From positions 7,333-71,332 of the forward strand of contig CAJFFX010000001.1 of the NCBI GenBank assembly GCA_904374485.1: a DNA stretch of 64,000 nucleotides, in the 5' to 3' direction. A program made the position numbers and the translations under genes. This DNA comes from Candidatus Pseudoscillospira falkowii (GTDB lineage Bacteria > Bacillota > Clostridia > Oscillospirales > Oscillospiraceae). Positions 40,464 to 50,468 of the stretch are shown here, piece after piece. The notes below the pieces were generated by a model. It made no database searches. It was not told where the DNA came from and saw nothing but the letters and a program-made list of their open reading frames with translations. Every line of letters begins with the position of its first letter. Positions within the stretch are counted from its first letter, which is position 1.

Positions 40464-41423
40464 ATGGGGAAATACTATATCGGGATCGACGTGGGCGGCA
40501 CCAACCTGAAAGCGGGTCTGGTGGATGAAACGGGCGCGCTGTGCGCCACGGCAAAAACGCCCCTCTGCTGGTCCTGTGCCGAGGATTTTGTGAAAGCGCT
40601 GGCAGAGCTCTGCATCAGCGCGGCAGAAAAAGCGAAGATCGGAAAAGAAGAGATCTGCGCCGTGGGAATGGGCGTTCCCGGGGAAGTGGACCGTGAGCAG
40701 GGAAAAATCCTGTATACCTGCAATATCCCGCTGCGGAATGTGCCGATCGCCGCGCTTTTTCACAACTATCTGGATGCGCCCATATACTTGGATAACGACG
40801 CAAACTGCGCGGCCCTCGGCGAATATTACGCCGGCGCGGGCCGGGGCTGTAAAAATTTGATCGTTGTGACCTTGGGGACCGGCGTGGGCGCCGGCATCCT
40901 TTTGGGCGGAAAGCTGCTGCGGGGCGTCAACGGCGACGCCGGCGAGGTGGGCCACACCGTCATCGTGCCGGACGGGTACCCCTGCCCCTGCGGGCGGAAA
41001 GGCTGCTGGGAACAGTATTCCTCTGCCCCCGCTCTGAAACGGCTGACGGTGGAAGCCATGGAAAAACACCCGGAAAGCGCGCTTTGGGCCCACTGCCAGG
41101 GAGATACCGGAAAAATCGGCGGCCGCAGCGCCTTTCAGGTGGCCCGGGAGTGCGGCGACGCTGCCGCCGTGTCCGTCTGTGAGCAGTATGTTTCGTATCT
41201 TGCCCTGGGGATCACAAATCTGGTCAATATCTTTCAGCCGGAAATGGTGTGTATCGGCGGCGGCGTGAGCAATGAAGAGGATTCGGCGCTGCTGTTCCCA
41301 CTGCAGCGGCTGGTGGAGCAGGAGCGGTACGGCCGCGACCGGCGGCCGGCGCCCCGGATCGTCAAGGCACAGCTTGGCAACGACGCCGGCATCGTCGGCG
41401 CGGCTCTGCTGGGAATGAAATAA
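40464..41423 (+). CDS. glcK: ROK-family sugar kinase (glucokinase-like)
   Basis: IGIDVGGT, DNDANCAALGE, TLGTGVGAG, GEVGH, CPCGRKGCWE. Confidence 0.88.
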   Translation: MGKYYIGIDVGGTNLKAGLVDETGALCATAKTPLCWSCAEDFVKALAELCISAAEKAKIGKEEICAVGMGVPGEVDREQGKILYTCNIPLRNVPIAALFHNYLDAPIYLDNDANCAALGEYYAGAGRGCKNLIVVTLGTGVGAGILLGGKLLRGVNGDAGEVGHTVIVPDGYPCPCGRKGCWEQYSSAPALKRLTVEAMEKHPESALWAHCQGDTGKIGGRSAFQVARECGDAAAVSVCEQYVSYLALGITNLVNIFQPEMVCIGGGVSNEEDSALLFPLQRLVEQERYGRDRRPAPRIVKAQLGNDAGIVGAALLGMK

Positions 41424-41438
41424 GAATGGAGTCTTTTT

Positions 41439-42347
41439 ATGGCATGGGTTGATCTGTTTGACCGTCTGATCGAAGAACGCCTCCCGGACCTGCGGGTCGA
41501 ACGGGATGCAGATATGAAAAAATACACGTCCTTTCACATCGGCGGCAGCGCCCGGCGCATGGTTTTTCCCCACAGCGAGGCCGACGTCGCGGCCGTCACG
41601 GAAGTGTGCGCCCAGGCGGGCGTTTCCTATTATGTGATCGGGAAGGGGAGTAACCTTCTGGTTTCGGATGCGGGGCTTGACTATGTCCTGATCAATATGA
41701 CGGGGATGGACGCCGCTTCGCTGGGAGAGGATTTCCGGCTGTACGCCCAGGCGGGCGCGCTGCTTTCGCGCATCGCCGTGCTGGCCCAGGGGGCGGGCTA
41801 TGCAGGGCTTGCCTTTGCTCACGGGATCCCCGGCTCCGTCGGCGGCGCGGTCATGATGAACGCGGGGGCCTACGGCGGAGAGATGCGGCAGGTGGTGGAG
41901 CGCGTCACCGCCCTGTATCCCGACGGCGTCCGCACCCTGTCTGGGGAGCAGCTGCATTTTGCATACCGCCGCAGCGTGTTTATGGAGGAGCCGGCGGTGA
42001 TCCTTTCGGCGGTGTTCCGGCTGAAGGCCGGCGACCCGGAGACGATCCGTGCGGAGATGGATGACTATATGGCGCGGCGCAAAGCGAGTCAGCCGCTGGA
42101 ATATCCCAGTGCCGGCAGCACTTTCAAACGCCCGGAAGGCCATTACGCCGGCACGATGATCGACCAGTGCGGCCTCAAGGGTGCCGCCGTCGGCGGCGCG
42201 GAAGTCTCCACAAAACACGCCGGCTTCATCATCAATAAAAATCACGCCACATTCAGCGACGTGGTGGAGCTGATCGGCGTCGTACAGGACACCGTATACC
42301 GCACCTTCGGCGTGGAACTGGAGCCAGAAGTGCGCATCATCGAGTGA
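41439..42347 (+). CDS. murB: UDP-N-acetylenolpyruvoylglucosamine reductase
   Basis: TSFHIGG, GKGSNLL, GIPGSVGGAVMMNAGAYG, SAGSTFKRP, KHAGFIIN, LEPEV. Confidence 0.97.
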   Translation: MAWVDLFDRLIEERLPDLRVERDADMKKYTSFHIGGSARRMVFPHSEADVAAVTEVCAQAGVSYYVIGKGSNLLVSDAGLDYVLINMTGMDAASLGEDFRLYAQAGALLSRIAVLAQGAGYAGLAFAHGIPGSVGGAVMMNAGAYGGEMRQVVERVTALYPDGVRTLSGEQLHFAYRRSVFMEEPAVILSAVFRLKAGDPETIRAEMDDYMARRKASQPLEYPSAGSTFKRPEGHYAGTMIDQCGLKGAAVGGAEVSTKHAGFIINKNHATFSDVVELIGVVQDTVYRTFGVELEPEVRIIE

Positions 42348-42379
42348 AATCGCAGCAGGAAGAGAGCGAGGAAGCAGCC

Positions 42380-43240
42380 ATGAAATTTCTGATCGTTTCC
42401 GGCATGTCGGGCGCCGGAAAAAGCAAAGCGGCGTCGATCCTGGAGGATTTTGGCTTTTACTGCGTGGACAATATGCCCGTGGCGCTGATTCCGAATTTTG
42501 CGGAGATCTGCATGGCGAACCAGGGAAAATACGAAAAAGTCGCCCTGGTGACCGACGTGCGCGGCGGCGAGACATTCGATAAATTGTTTGAATCCCTGTC
42601 GAAGCTGGAGCAGATGGGGTGCCCCTATGAGATCCTATTTGTGGAGGCAAGCCCGGAAACCATTGTCCACCGCTATAAGGAAAGCCGGCGCAAACACCCG
42701 CTGAGCAGCGGCTTCATCCCCATCGAGGAAGCCGTGCGCAACGAGCGGCAAGTGCTCAAAAGCGTGCGCGACCGCGCCAATTACATCATCGACACCACCG
42801 CCCTGTCCACGGCTAAGCTGCGCGATCAGCTGCGCAAGCTTTTCGCCAGCGGCGAGCCCGCGGCCCAGATGTCGGTCAACGTCGTGTCCTTCGGATATAA
42901 ATACGGCATCCCCATCGAAGCGGACCTTGTGCTCGACGTGCGTTTTTTGCCGAATCCGTTTTACATCGACGAGCTGCGCCACAAGTGCGGCCTGGATCAG
43001 GAAGTCTACGATTTTGTGTTCCAGTTCCAGCAGACGCAGGATTTCATGAAATATCTTGAGCGGCTGATCGCCTTCCTGCTCCCGCTGTACAACGAGGAGG
43101 GGAAGAGCGTGCTGGTCATCGCTGTCGGCTGTACCGGCGGACAGCACAGAAGCGTCGCCGTGACCAAGGCGCTCGCGGAGTTCATCCGCCGGAAGGGCTA
43201 CCAGGCGTCCGAAAGCCATCGCGACATGACGCGCGCCTGA
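42380..43240 (+). CDS. rapZ: RapZ/YvcJ-family P-loop protein (RNase adapter)
   Basis: SGMSGAGKS, DVRGG, SFGYKYGIP, DVRFLPNP, GCTGGQHRSV. Confidence 0.95.
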   Translation: MKFLIVSGMSGAGKSKAASILEDFGFYCVDNMPVALIPNFAEICMANQGKYEKVALVTDVRGGETFDKLFESLSKLEQMGCPYEILFVEASPETIVHRYKESRRKHPLSSGFIPIEEAVRNERQVLKSVRDRANYIIDTTALSTAKLRDQLRKLFASGEPAAQMSVNVVSFGYKYGIPIEADLVLDVRFLPNPFYIDELRHKCGLDQEVYDFVFQFQQTQDFMKYLERLIAFLLPLYNEEGKSVLVIAVGCTGGQHRSVAVTKALAEFIRRKGYQASESHRDMTRA

Positions 43241-43261
43241 GCGTTTGGAGGAACATGCGTT

Positions 43262-44290
43262 ATGGAAAAAGACTGGCCGAAAGCAAAAGGGCACCGCACC
43301 AGAAGGCAGCGCGTCGTCGCCATCGGCGGCGGAACGGGACTTTCCACCATGCTGCGGGGGCTGAAGCAGTATGTGGACAACATCACCGCCATTGTGACTG
43401 TGGCCGATGACGGCGGCGGCAGCGGCGTATTGCGCCACGACCTGGGCATGCCGCCGCCCGGCGACATCCGAAACTGTCTTCTGGCCCTGGCCAACACGGA
43501 AAGTGTGATGAGCGAACTGCTGGGCTACCGCTTTACCGACGGTATCCTGAAGGGGCAGAGCTTTGGCAACCTCTTCCTGGCCGCGCTGAACGAGATCTCG
43601 CCCTCTTTCGATGTGGCGGTGCGCCGGATGAGCGAAGTGCTGGCGATCACCGGCCGGGTGCTGCCGGTGACCAACGAAAATATCGAACTGGAAGCGGAAT
43701 TTGAAAACAACACCCGGGTCGTGGGCGAATCCAAGATTTTCGCCTGCAAAAAGGAGCAGGACTGCCGCATCCGCCAGGTGCGGCTGCTGCCGGAGCATCC
43801 GAAGGCGCTGGAGGAGAGCCTGGAGGCCATCCGCCATGCGGATCTGATCATCCTCGGGCCCGGCAGTCTTTATACCAGTATCATCCCGAACCTGCTCGTT
43901 TCCGGCATCGTTTCGGAGATCATGGAGTCCGACGCGCTGAAGCTTTATGTCTGCAATGTGATGACCCAGGAAGGGGAGACCGAGGGCTACTCCGCCTCGG
44001 ATCATATCCAGGCGATCTTCCACCATGCCCAGGCGCCCATTATCGATTACTGCCTGATCAATTCCGCCCCGATCCCGGAGAAAGTCTGCGCGCGTTACGC
44101 CGAGGAAGGCGCCGCGCCCATCGTCTGCGACCGGGAAGCCTGCGTCCGCCTCGGCGTGCAGGTCATCGAAAAGCCCGTTTCCGCCATCGTGGACGGCCAG
44201 GTCAAGCACGACGGTCTGGCCCTGGGGCGGGAGATCATGGCCATCTATTCCGAACACGGCGCGATGCGCATCGCGGGTGAAGAGTTTTAA
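43262..44290 (+). CDS. yvcK: YvcK/GlmR-family protein
   Basis: IGGGTGL, VADDGGGSG, PPGDIRN, GPGSLYTSI, TQEGET. Confidence 0.94.
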   Translation: MEKDWPKAKGHRTRRQRVVAIGGGTGLSTMLRGLKQYVDNITAIVTVADDGGGSGVLRHDLGMPPPGDIRNCLLALANTESVMSELLGYRFTDGILKGQSFGNLFLAALNEISPSFDVAVRRMSEVLAITGRVLPVTNENIELEAEFENNTRVVGESKIFACKKEQDCRIRQVRLLPEHPKALEESLEAIRHADLIILGPGSLYTSIIPNLLVSGIVSEIMESDALKLYVCNVMTQEGETEGYSASDHIQAIFHHAQAPIIDYCLINSAPIPEKVCARYAEEGAAPIVCDREACVRLGVQVIEKPVSAIVDGQVKHDGLALGREIMAIYSEHGAMRIAGEEF

Positions 44291-44326
44291 CGCCAACCGT
44301 TGGATCACAGAAAGCGAGGACAGCCT

Positions 44327-45223
44327 ATGTCGTTTTCCGGCGATGTCAAATCGGAGCTCTGCCGGGCAGCCATCCAGAAAATGTGTTGCGCCCGGGCGGA
44401 GACTCACGGGATCCTGCTGTACTGCAATACGTTCCAGCCGGACCAGATCCGCATCATCACAGAAAACCGCGCCTTTGCCGCCAGGCTTCCCAAGCTGTTC
44501 CACAAAGCCTACGGGATCTCCTTTGACTGCGTGCCGAAGGATTCCGGCAGCGGAAAGCTGATCTTTGAGATCTGCGATGGGCGGAAGATCGGCGCAATCA
44601 TCAATGTGTCCGGCTTTTCCATGGAGCAGAACCTGTCTCTGCACATCAATTTCGGCCTTTTGGAGGAGGACTGCTGCCGCGTTTCCTTTCTGCGCGGCGC
44701 GTTTCTCGCTGGCGGCAGCGTGACGGATCCGGCTAAGCGCTACCACATGGAATTTGTCACGTCCCATTATAAAGTGAGCCGGGAAATGGAAACGCTGATG
44801 CGGGAAATGGGTTTTGTTTCCCGCGAAACGGCCCGCAGCGGCAACTTTGTCACGTATTTCAAGCAGAGCGAATATATCGAGGATCTGCTCACGCTGATGG
44901 GCGCGCCGGTCTCTGCCATGGACATCATGTCCGCCAAAGTGGAAAAGAACCTGCGCAACGAAATGAACCGGCGCGTCAATTGCGACACCGCCAATGTGAG
45001 CAAAGCCGTGGACGCGGCCCAGGAGCAGATCGCAGCCATCCGCGCTCTGGAAGCGGCCGGCACACTGGAAACACTTCCGCAGAAGCTCCGGGAAACGGCG
45101 GATCTGCGCGTCCGCTATCCAGAAATGACGCTGAGCCAGCTGGCGGCCTGTTTTCAGCCACCGCTGACAAAATCGTGCCTGAACCACCGTCTGCGCAAGA
45201 TCCTGGAGCTTGCCGGGCAATAA
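44327..45223 (+). CDS. whiA: DNA-binding protein WhiA
   Basis: MSFSGDVKSEL, FLRGAFLAGGSVTDP, NRRVNCDTAN, KSCLNHRLRK. Confidence 0.95.
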   Translation: MSFSGDVKSELCRAAIQKMCCARAETHGILLYCNTFQPDQIRIITENRAFAARLPKLFHKAYGISFDCVPKDSGSGKLIFEICDGRKIGAIINVSGFSMEQNLSLHINFGLLEEDCCRVSFLRGAFLAGGSVTDPAKRYHMEFVTSHYKVSREMETLMREMGFVSRETARSGNFVTYFKQSEYIEDLLTLMGAPVSAMDIMSAKVEKNLRNEMNRRVNCDTANVSKAVDAAQEQIAAIRALEAAGTLETLPQKLRETADLRVRYPEMTLSQLAACFQPPLTKSCLNHRLRKILELAGQ

Positions 45224-45245
45224 AGAAGAAAAAGGGGGCCTTGCA

Positions 45246-48200
45246 GTGTCCTTTGCCCATTTACATGTCCATACGGAATTCAGCCTGCTGGACGGCGCAT
45301 GCCGCATCCGTGATCTGCCGAAACTGGTCAAATCCATGGGGCAGGACGCCATCGCCATCACCGATCACGGTGTGATGTACGGCGTGATCGACTTTTACCG
45401 CGCCTGCAAGGCCGAGGGCGTGAAGCCCATCATCGGCTGCGAAGTCTATGTGACGCCGGAAGGCCGCAGCCGCTTTGACAAAGTGCATGAATTCGACGCC
45501 GAGTCCCGCCATCTGGTGCTGCTGTGCGAAAATGAGGAAGGGTACCGGAACCTCTCCTTCCTGGTCAGCAGCGCCTTCACGGAGGGCTTTTATATCAAAC
45601 CCCGCATCGATCTCGACCTGCTGCGCCAGCACGCCAAGGGCCTCATCGCCCTGTCGGCCTGCCTGGCCGGCGAGATCCCCCGCCGCCTGCGCAGCGGCGA
45701 TCTGGCGGGGGCAAAAAAATACGCCCTCGAACTGCGGGAGATCTTCGGGGAGGACAATTTCTTCCTGGAACTCCAGGACCACGGCATCCGGGAGCAGGCC
45801 GCGGTGAACGCAGGGCTTCTGCGCCTGCACGAAGAGACCGGCATTCCCCTGGTGGTGACGAACGACGCCCACTATCTCCGGAAAGAGGATGCCTACAGCC
45901 ACGATGTCCTTCTTTGCATCCAGACGGGGAAGACCCTGGAAGATCCCAACCGGATGCGCTATGAGCCCCAGAATTTTTACCTCCGCTCCACGGAGGAGAT
46001 GGCCGCTCTGTTTCCCACCCATCCGGAGGCCATCGAAAATACCGGAAAGATCGCCGAACGCTGCAATGTGGAATTCACCTTCGGCAAATATCACCTGCCG
46101 GAATTCAAGCTGCCGCCGGGCTACGATTCCAAAACGTACCTCCGGGAGCTGTGCGGCCGCGGCTTTGCCGAAAAATATGCAGACCGGCCCGAATGCCGCA
46201 AGCAGCTGGATTATGAGCTGGATATGATCGAAAAAATGGGTTTCACCGATTATTTCCTGATCGTGGCCGACTTTGTGAATTACGCAAAGCAGGCCGGGAT
46301 CCCGGTGGGCCCCGGCCGCGGCAGCGCCGCGGGCAGCATGGTGTCCTACTGCCTGAATATCACCGAGATCGACCCCATGCAGTACAGTCTTTATTTTGAG
46401 CGCTTCCTGAACCCAGAGCGCGTCAGCATGCCCGATATCGATATGGACTTCGGCGACACCCGCCGCGACGAGGTGTTCGACTATGTCCGCCGCAAATACG
46501 GCGACGACCATGTGGCCCATATCGTCACCTTCGGCACCATGGCCGCCCGGGGCGCCATCCGCGATGTGGGGCGGGTCATGAATCTGCCCTATGCCGATGT
46601 GGACGTTGTGGCAAAGCAGGTGCCCGCCACGCTGCATATCACGCTGGACGATGCGCTGCGCATATCAAAGCCCCTGCGGGATCTGTACGAAGGGGACGAG
46701 CGCTATAAGACCCTTATCGACACCGCCCGGGCTCTGGAAGGGATGCCCCGCCACGCCTCCACCCACGCCGCCGGCGTGGTGATCACGAAGCGGCCAGTGG
46801 TGGATTATGTGCCGCTGTCCAAAAACGACGACACCGTGGTGTGTCAGTATACCATGACCACGCTGGAAGAGCTGGGCCTCCTGAAAATGGATTTCCTAGG
46901 CCTGCGCAACCTGACGGTGCTGGACGACGCGGTCAAAATGCTGCAGAAGGATCATCCGGAGTTCCGGCTGAAGGATATTCCCGAGGACGATGCAGCGACG
47001 TATGAAATGATCGGGGCGGGGAAGACCTCCGGCGTTTTCCAGATGGAGTCGGCCGGCATGACCGGCGTCTGCGTCAGCATGAAGCCACAGAATATCGAGG
47101 ATATCACCGCTATCATCGCCCTGTACCGGCCAGGCCCCATGGAATCCATCCCCAAATTCATCGAGTGCAAGCAGCATCCGGAAAAAATCGCATATCTGCA
47201 CCCGGCCCTGGAGCCGATCCTGTCCAATACTTACGGCTGCATCGTTTACCAGGAGCAGGTGATCGAGATCTTTCGCCGTCTCGGCGGCTATTCCCTGGGA
47301 CAGGCGGATATGGTGCGCCGCGCGATTTCCAAGAAGAAAGCGGCGCAGATCCAGAAGGAGAAGGAAGCGTTTATCCGCGGCGACGCGGAGCGCGGCATCG
47401 CCGGCTGCATCCGCAACGGCATCCCCGAGGAAACGGCCGAGCAGATCTACCAGCAGATCTATGATTTTGCAAATTACGCCTTCAACAAGGCCCACGCCGT
47501 CAGCTATGCCGTGGTGGCCTATCAAACGGCATATTTCAAGTGCCATTATCCAAAGGAATACATGGCGGCACTGCTGACCTCCGTTCTCGACAATACGGAC
47601 AAGATCGTGGAGTACATCGCCGAGTGCAAAGACTGCGGTATCCCGCTTTATCCGCCGGACATCAACCATTCCGCCGCCACGTTCACCGTCGAACAGGACG
47701 GCATCCGCTTCGGCCTGGTGGGCATCAAAAATGTGGGCCGCGGCCTGATCCAGGCCGTGGTGCAGGAGCGGGAGCGCGGCGGGGCCTTCACCTCCATGCA
47801 GAATTTTTGCGAGCGCATGTACGGGGCCGACCTCAATAAGCGCGCCCTGGAGAATCTGATCCTATCCGGCGCGTTCGATTCCACCGGCGCGCTGCGCTCG
47901 CAGCTGCACCAGATCTATGAGCAGGTGCTCTCCGGCGTGGCGGAAAGCCGCAAGCAGAATCTGGAGGGCCAGATCGACTTTTTCGGCGGGTTTTCCGCCG
48001 CGGGTCCTGCGCAGACCTCCGAAATCCCGCTGCCGAATATCCCGGAATTCTCCGCCGCGGAGCGGATGCGTCAGGAAAAGGAGACCACCGGTCTTTATCT
48101 CTCCGGCCACCCCATGGACGGCTTTATGCCCCAGGCCAAGCGGGCGGGGGCTGTGCCGATCCTGGCGATTCTGGAGTCCTGCCGCGATGAGACCGGCGCC

Positions 48201-48728
48201 GGCCGCTATGCCGACGGGTCTCAGGTCTGCATTGCCGGCGTGGTCACCGCCAGCAAGACGAAAACGACGAAGAACCACTCTTTGATGGCCTATGTGACGC
48301 TGGAAGACAACACGTCATCCATCGAGATGCTCTGCTTTTCCAAGGTCCTTAACACCGCCGGGAGTTACCTGGCGGAGGGCAGCGCGATCCTGGTGCGCGG
48401 CCGCATCTCCCTGCGGGATGAAAAAACGCCCCAGATCATGTGCAACGATGTCTACCCCCTGGACGGGACGCCGCTGCCTGCGGCGCCGGCGGCGCCGGGC
48501 GGGCCGAGGCTCTTGGAGGGGCGGCGGCTGGTCATCAAGTGTCCGCGGTTGGACGACCCTGTCGTGCATCATATCAGTCTGCTGCTGAAAATGTTTCCCG
48601 GCACAGCGCCGCTGATCATGGTCATGGCGGATACGGGCAAGCGCTACGCCGCCCGCTGCCTGCTGCATCAGGCGCTGTATGAAGAATTGAAAGAAGTCCT
48701 CGGCGAGGACTGCGTGGTGCTGCAGTGA
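45246..48728 (+). CDS. dnaE: DNA polymerase III alpha subunit
   Basis: PHP domain HLHVHTEFSLLDG, GRGSAAGS, SMPDIDMDF, KMDFLGL, YAFNKAH; no intein visible; GTG start 45246. Confidence 0.98.
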   Translation: MSFAHLHVHTEFSLLDGACRIRDLPKLVKSMGQDAIAITDHGVMYGVIDFYRACKAEGVKPIIGCEVYVTPEGRSRFDKVHEFDAESRHLVLLCENEEGYRNLSFLVSSAFTEGFYIKPRIDLDLLRQHAKGLIALSACLAGEIPRRLRSGDLAGAKKYALELREIFGEDNFFLELQDHGIREQAAVNAGLLRLHEETGIPLVVTNDAHYLRKEDAYSHDVLLCIQTGKTLEDPNRMRYEPQNFYLRSTEEMAALFPTHPEAIENTGKIAERCNVEFTFGKYHLPEFKLPPGYDSKTYLRELCGRGFAEKYADRPECRKQLDYELDMIEKMGFTDYFLIVADFVNYAKQAGIPVGPGRGSAAGSMVSYCLNITEIDPMQYSLYFERFLNPERVSMPDIDMDFGDTRRDEVFDYVRRKYGDDHVAHIVTFGTMAARGAIRDVGRVMNLPYADVDVVAKQVPATLHITLDDALRISKPLRDLYEGDERYKTLIDTARALEGMPRHASTHAAGVVITKRPVVDYVPLSKNDDTVVCQYTMTTLEELGLLKMDFLGLRNLTVLDDAVKMLQKDHPEFRLKDIPEDDAATYEMIGAGKTSGVFQMESAGMTGVCVSMKPQNIEDITAIIALYRPGPMESIPKFIECKQHPEKIAYLHPALEPILSNTYGCIVYQEQVIEIFRRLGGYSLGQADMVRRAISKKKAAQIQKEKEAFIRGDAERGIAGCIRNGIPEETAEQIYQQIYDFANYAFNKAHAVSYAVVAYQTAYFKCHYPKEYMAALLTSVLDNTDKIVEYIAECKDCGIPLYPPDINHSAATFTVEQDGIRFGLVGIKNVGRGLIQAVVQERERGGAFTSMQNFCERMYGADLNKRALENLILSGAFDSTGALRSQLHQIYEQVLSGVAESRKQNLEGQIDFFGGFSAAGPAQTSEIPLPNIPEFSAAERMRQEKETTGLYLSGHPMDGFMPQAKRAGAVPILAILESCRDETGAGRYADGSQVCIAGVVTASKTKTTKNHSLMAYVTLEDNTSSIEMLCFSKVLNTAGSYLAEGSAILVRGRISLRDEKTPQIMCNDVYPLDGTPLPAAPAAPGGPRLLEGRRLVIKCPRLDDPVVHHISLLLKMFPGTAPLIMVMADTGKRYAARCLLHQALYEELKEVLGEDCVVLQ

Positions 48729-48736
48729 TAAAAGAG

Positions 48737-48775
48737 AAAAAGGAGGATGCTCCGCAGGAGCATCCTCCTTTTTTT
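48737..48775. terminator. bidirectional intrinsic terminator
   Basis: AAAAAGGAGGATGCTCC-gca-GGAGCATCCTCCTTTTT between convergent dnaE and the DUF4364 gene. Confidence 0.9.
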
Positions 48776-48783
48776 GCCCGGCT

Positions 48784-49320
48784 TCACTGCCCGTCATATT
48801 TTTTCAAAAGCGCGTCGAGGATCGTGTTGTAAATATCCTCTGCATGGGACTGGAAATGGGCGGAAAGCTGCCGCGCCATGTCTTCCTTGGCCACCATCAA
48901 CTCCAGCGTCATCACATTGTCCACATCGTCGCTCAGCGACAGGGTGACGGTATACGTTCCGTTGGGCCGCTGGCTGTAGTTGGCGCGCACCATGCCCTTG
49001 CGCTTGATCTTTTGGTTGTACACGGCGATATTCTTGTCCGCCTTGATGCGCACGGAATAGGGGATGCTGCTTTCGCAGATCTCGCTGTTGCGGATACCGC
49101 GGGGCGTGGCGCAGTAGAACCCCTCTTCGGTTTTCTTGATGTGTTCGCTCTCCACCAATTCGTTCAGGCATTCGGAAAAGGAAAAATAATCCACGCCCTC
49201 GTCGCAAAGCGCCAGATCCGTCAGCACATCGATCCCCACCGGCTCGATCAGCCGCGAGGCGATATAGAGGATCAGAAATTTGATATCAAGTTTATCATGA
49301 ATAAAGCCAACGCGCCCCAT
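48784..49320 (-). CDS. DUF4364-family protein (winged-helix-like)
   Basis: KFLILYI...VDYFSFSECLNELVES...ATPRG pattern; GAGG RBS. Confidence 0.75.
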   Translation of the reverse strand: MGRVGFIHDKLDIKFLILYIASRLIEPVGIDVLTDLALCDEGVDYFSFSECLNELVESEHIKKTEEGFYCATPRGIRNSEICESSIPYSVRIKADKNIAVYNQKIKRKGMVRANYSQRPNGTYTVTLSLSDDVDNVMTLELMVAKEDMARQLSAHFQSHAEDIYNTILDALLKKYDGQ

Positions 49321-49359
49321 ATCCTCACATCCAATCCGATTTCATACTGTTTTAATTAA

Positions 49360-49388
49360 AGTATACCATATTTTTTCCGTTTCAACAA
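49360..49388 (-). promoter_or_regulatory. putative sigma-A promoter for the DUF4364 gene
   Basis: Minus strand TTGTTG, 17 bp, TG-g-TATACT. Confidence 0.45.
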
Positions 49389-49411
49389 GAGCGGACCCCG
49401 GGGCGAACGGG

Positions 49412-49438
49412 AACGGATTTTGGTGCGCCACATACAAT
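49412..49438 (+). promoter_or_regulatory. putative mother-cell (sigma-K/sigma-E-type) promoter
   Basis: AC (49413-49414), 16 bp, CATACAAT (49431-49438) matches AC-N16/17-CATANNNT. Confidence 0.5.
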
Positions 49439-49485
49439 GGCATGAAAGGACTTCCGCCTTTCAATTACTTATAGGAGGATACATC

Positions 49486-50337
49486 ATGTCTGAAAAGATT
49501 GTTCCCGGTCCGCTGCAGGAATGTGGCCCCGCCACGCAGGAAGCGGTCTGTATCAATACGAAAAAGATCTTTGACAGCTGCCGTGATCAGGACTGCATCG
49601 AAGATCTGCGCTTCTATCCGGTGGCCTGCGGCCAGGATATCATCAACAACGCCGTATCCGTCAAAGGCGCCCGGGCCGAGCTGCTGCACGTTTACACCGA
49701 TGTGGAACCCATCCACTTCAACCGCGGCTTCTACACCGTGGACCTGCGCTATTTCTACCGCGTTACGCTGCAGGTGTGCTGCAGCTGCGCCCGGCCTGCC
49801 GAGGTGGAGGGCCTGTGCGTCTTTGACAAGCGCGTGATCCTCTTCGGCAGCGAGGGCGGCGCGAAGGTCTTTACCTCCGATACCTGCCTGGGCGGTATGG
49901 ATTCGGGCAGCATCGAAAAGAGCAATCTGCCCACCGCTGTGGTGGAAGCCGTCGATCCCATCGTTCTGGACACCAAGCTGGTGGACGCCTGCGAGCGCCG
50001 CTGCTGCGACTGCGACCTGTGCGAGATCCCCCACTGCATCTGCGACTGCTTCGACTGCGAACTGTGCAGCGGTGAGCAGGGCAAGCGGGTCTTCGTGACC
50101 CTGGGCCAGTTCTCCATCGTGCGCCTGGAGCGCGATACCCAGCTGCTGATCCCGACGTACAGCTACTGCGTGCCGGAGAAGGAGTGTACCTGCGGCAGCG
50201 GCTGCTGCGGCGCAGATCCCTGCGAACTCTTCCGCAGCATCGCTTTCCCGGTCAACGAATTCTTCCCGCCCAATGCGCTGGAGCAAAAATGCGATTACGA
50301 AGGCGCGAAGCACACCTGCTGCTGCTCGAAGCGCTGA
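49486..50337 (+). CDS. cysteine-rich spore surface/exosporium protein, CsxA-like
   Basis: 283 aa with 30 Cys; CINTKKIFDSCRDQDC and VTLGQFSIVRLERDTQLLIPTYSYCVPEKEC...DPCELF...FFPP resemble recalled CsxA blocks; AGGAGG RBS. Confidence 0.7.
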   Translation: MSEKIVPGPLQECGPATQEAVCINTKKIFDSCRDQDCIEDLRFYPVACGQDIINNAVSVKGARAELLHVYTDVEPIHFNRGFYTVDLRYFYRVTLQVCCSCARPAEVEGLCVFDKRVILFGSEGGAKVFTSDTCLGGMDSGSIEKSNLPTAVVEAVDPIVLDTKLVDACERRCCDCDLCEIPHCICDCFDCELCSGEQGKRVFVTLGQFSIVRLERDTQLLIPTYSYCVPEKECTCGSGCCGADPCELFRSIAFPVNEFFPPNALEQKCDYEGAKHTCCCSKR

Positions 50338-50352
50338 AGGCCTACCCCGCGC

Positions 50353-50384
50353 AAGAGACCATCGTGACCGATGGTCTCTTTTTG
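50353..50384 (+). terminator. intrinsic terminator after the Cys-rich gene
   Basis: AAGAGACCATCG-tgac-CGATGGTCTCTT then TTTGTTTT. Confidence 0.85.
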
Positions 50385-50408
50385 TTTTCGGAAAAGCGGA
50401 CAACCCGG

Positions 50409-50437
50409 TTCTATTTGCGGACAACCACCGATATACT
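50409..50437 (+). promoter_or_regulatory. putative sigma-E promoter (P1) of the spoIIIA operon
   Basis: TTCTATT (50409-50415), 14 bp, GATATACT (50430-50437); spoIIIA is a known sigma-E operon. Confidence 0.55.
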
Positions 50438-50468
50438 GTACCATCGGTACGAAAGAGAAGGTGACGAT

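Noticed and set aside
42635-45361. 908-aa antisense ORF (similarly 16794..18992, 23762..25612, 34784..36583, 36800..39049, 40416..42650, 61102..63036)
   Set aside because: Shadow ORFs opposite well-conserved genes, expected from high GC3 codon bias; no recognisable motifs or RBS.
45246-48728. Possible intein or intron in dnaE
   Set aside because: Length (~1160 aa) and continuous motifs fit an uninterrupted DnaE.
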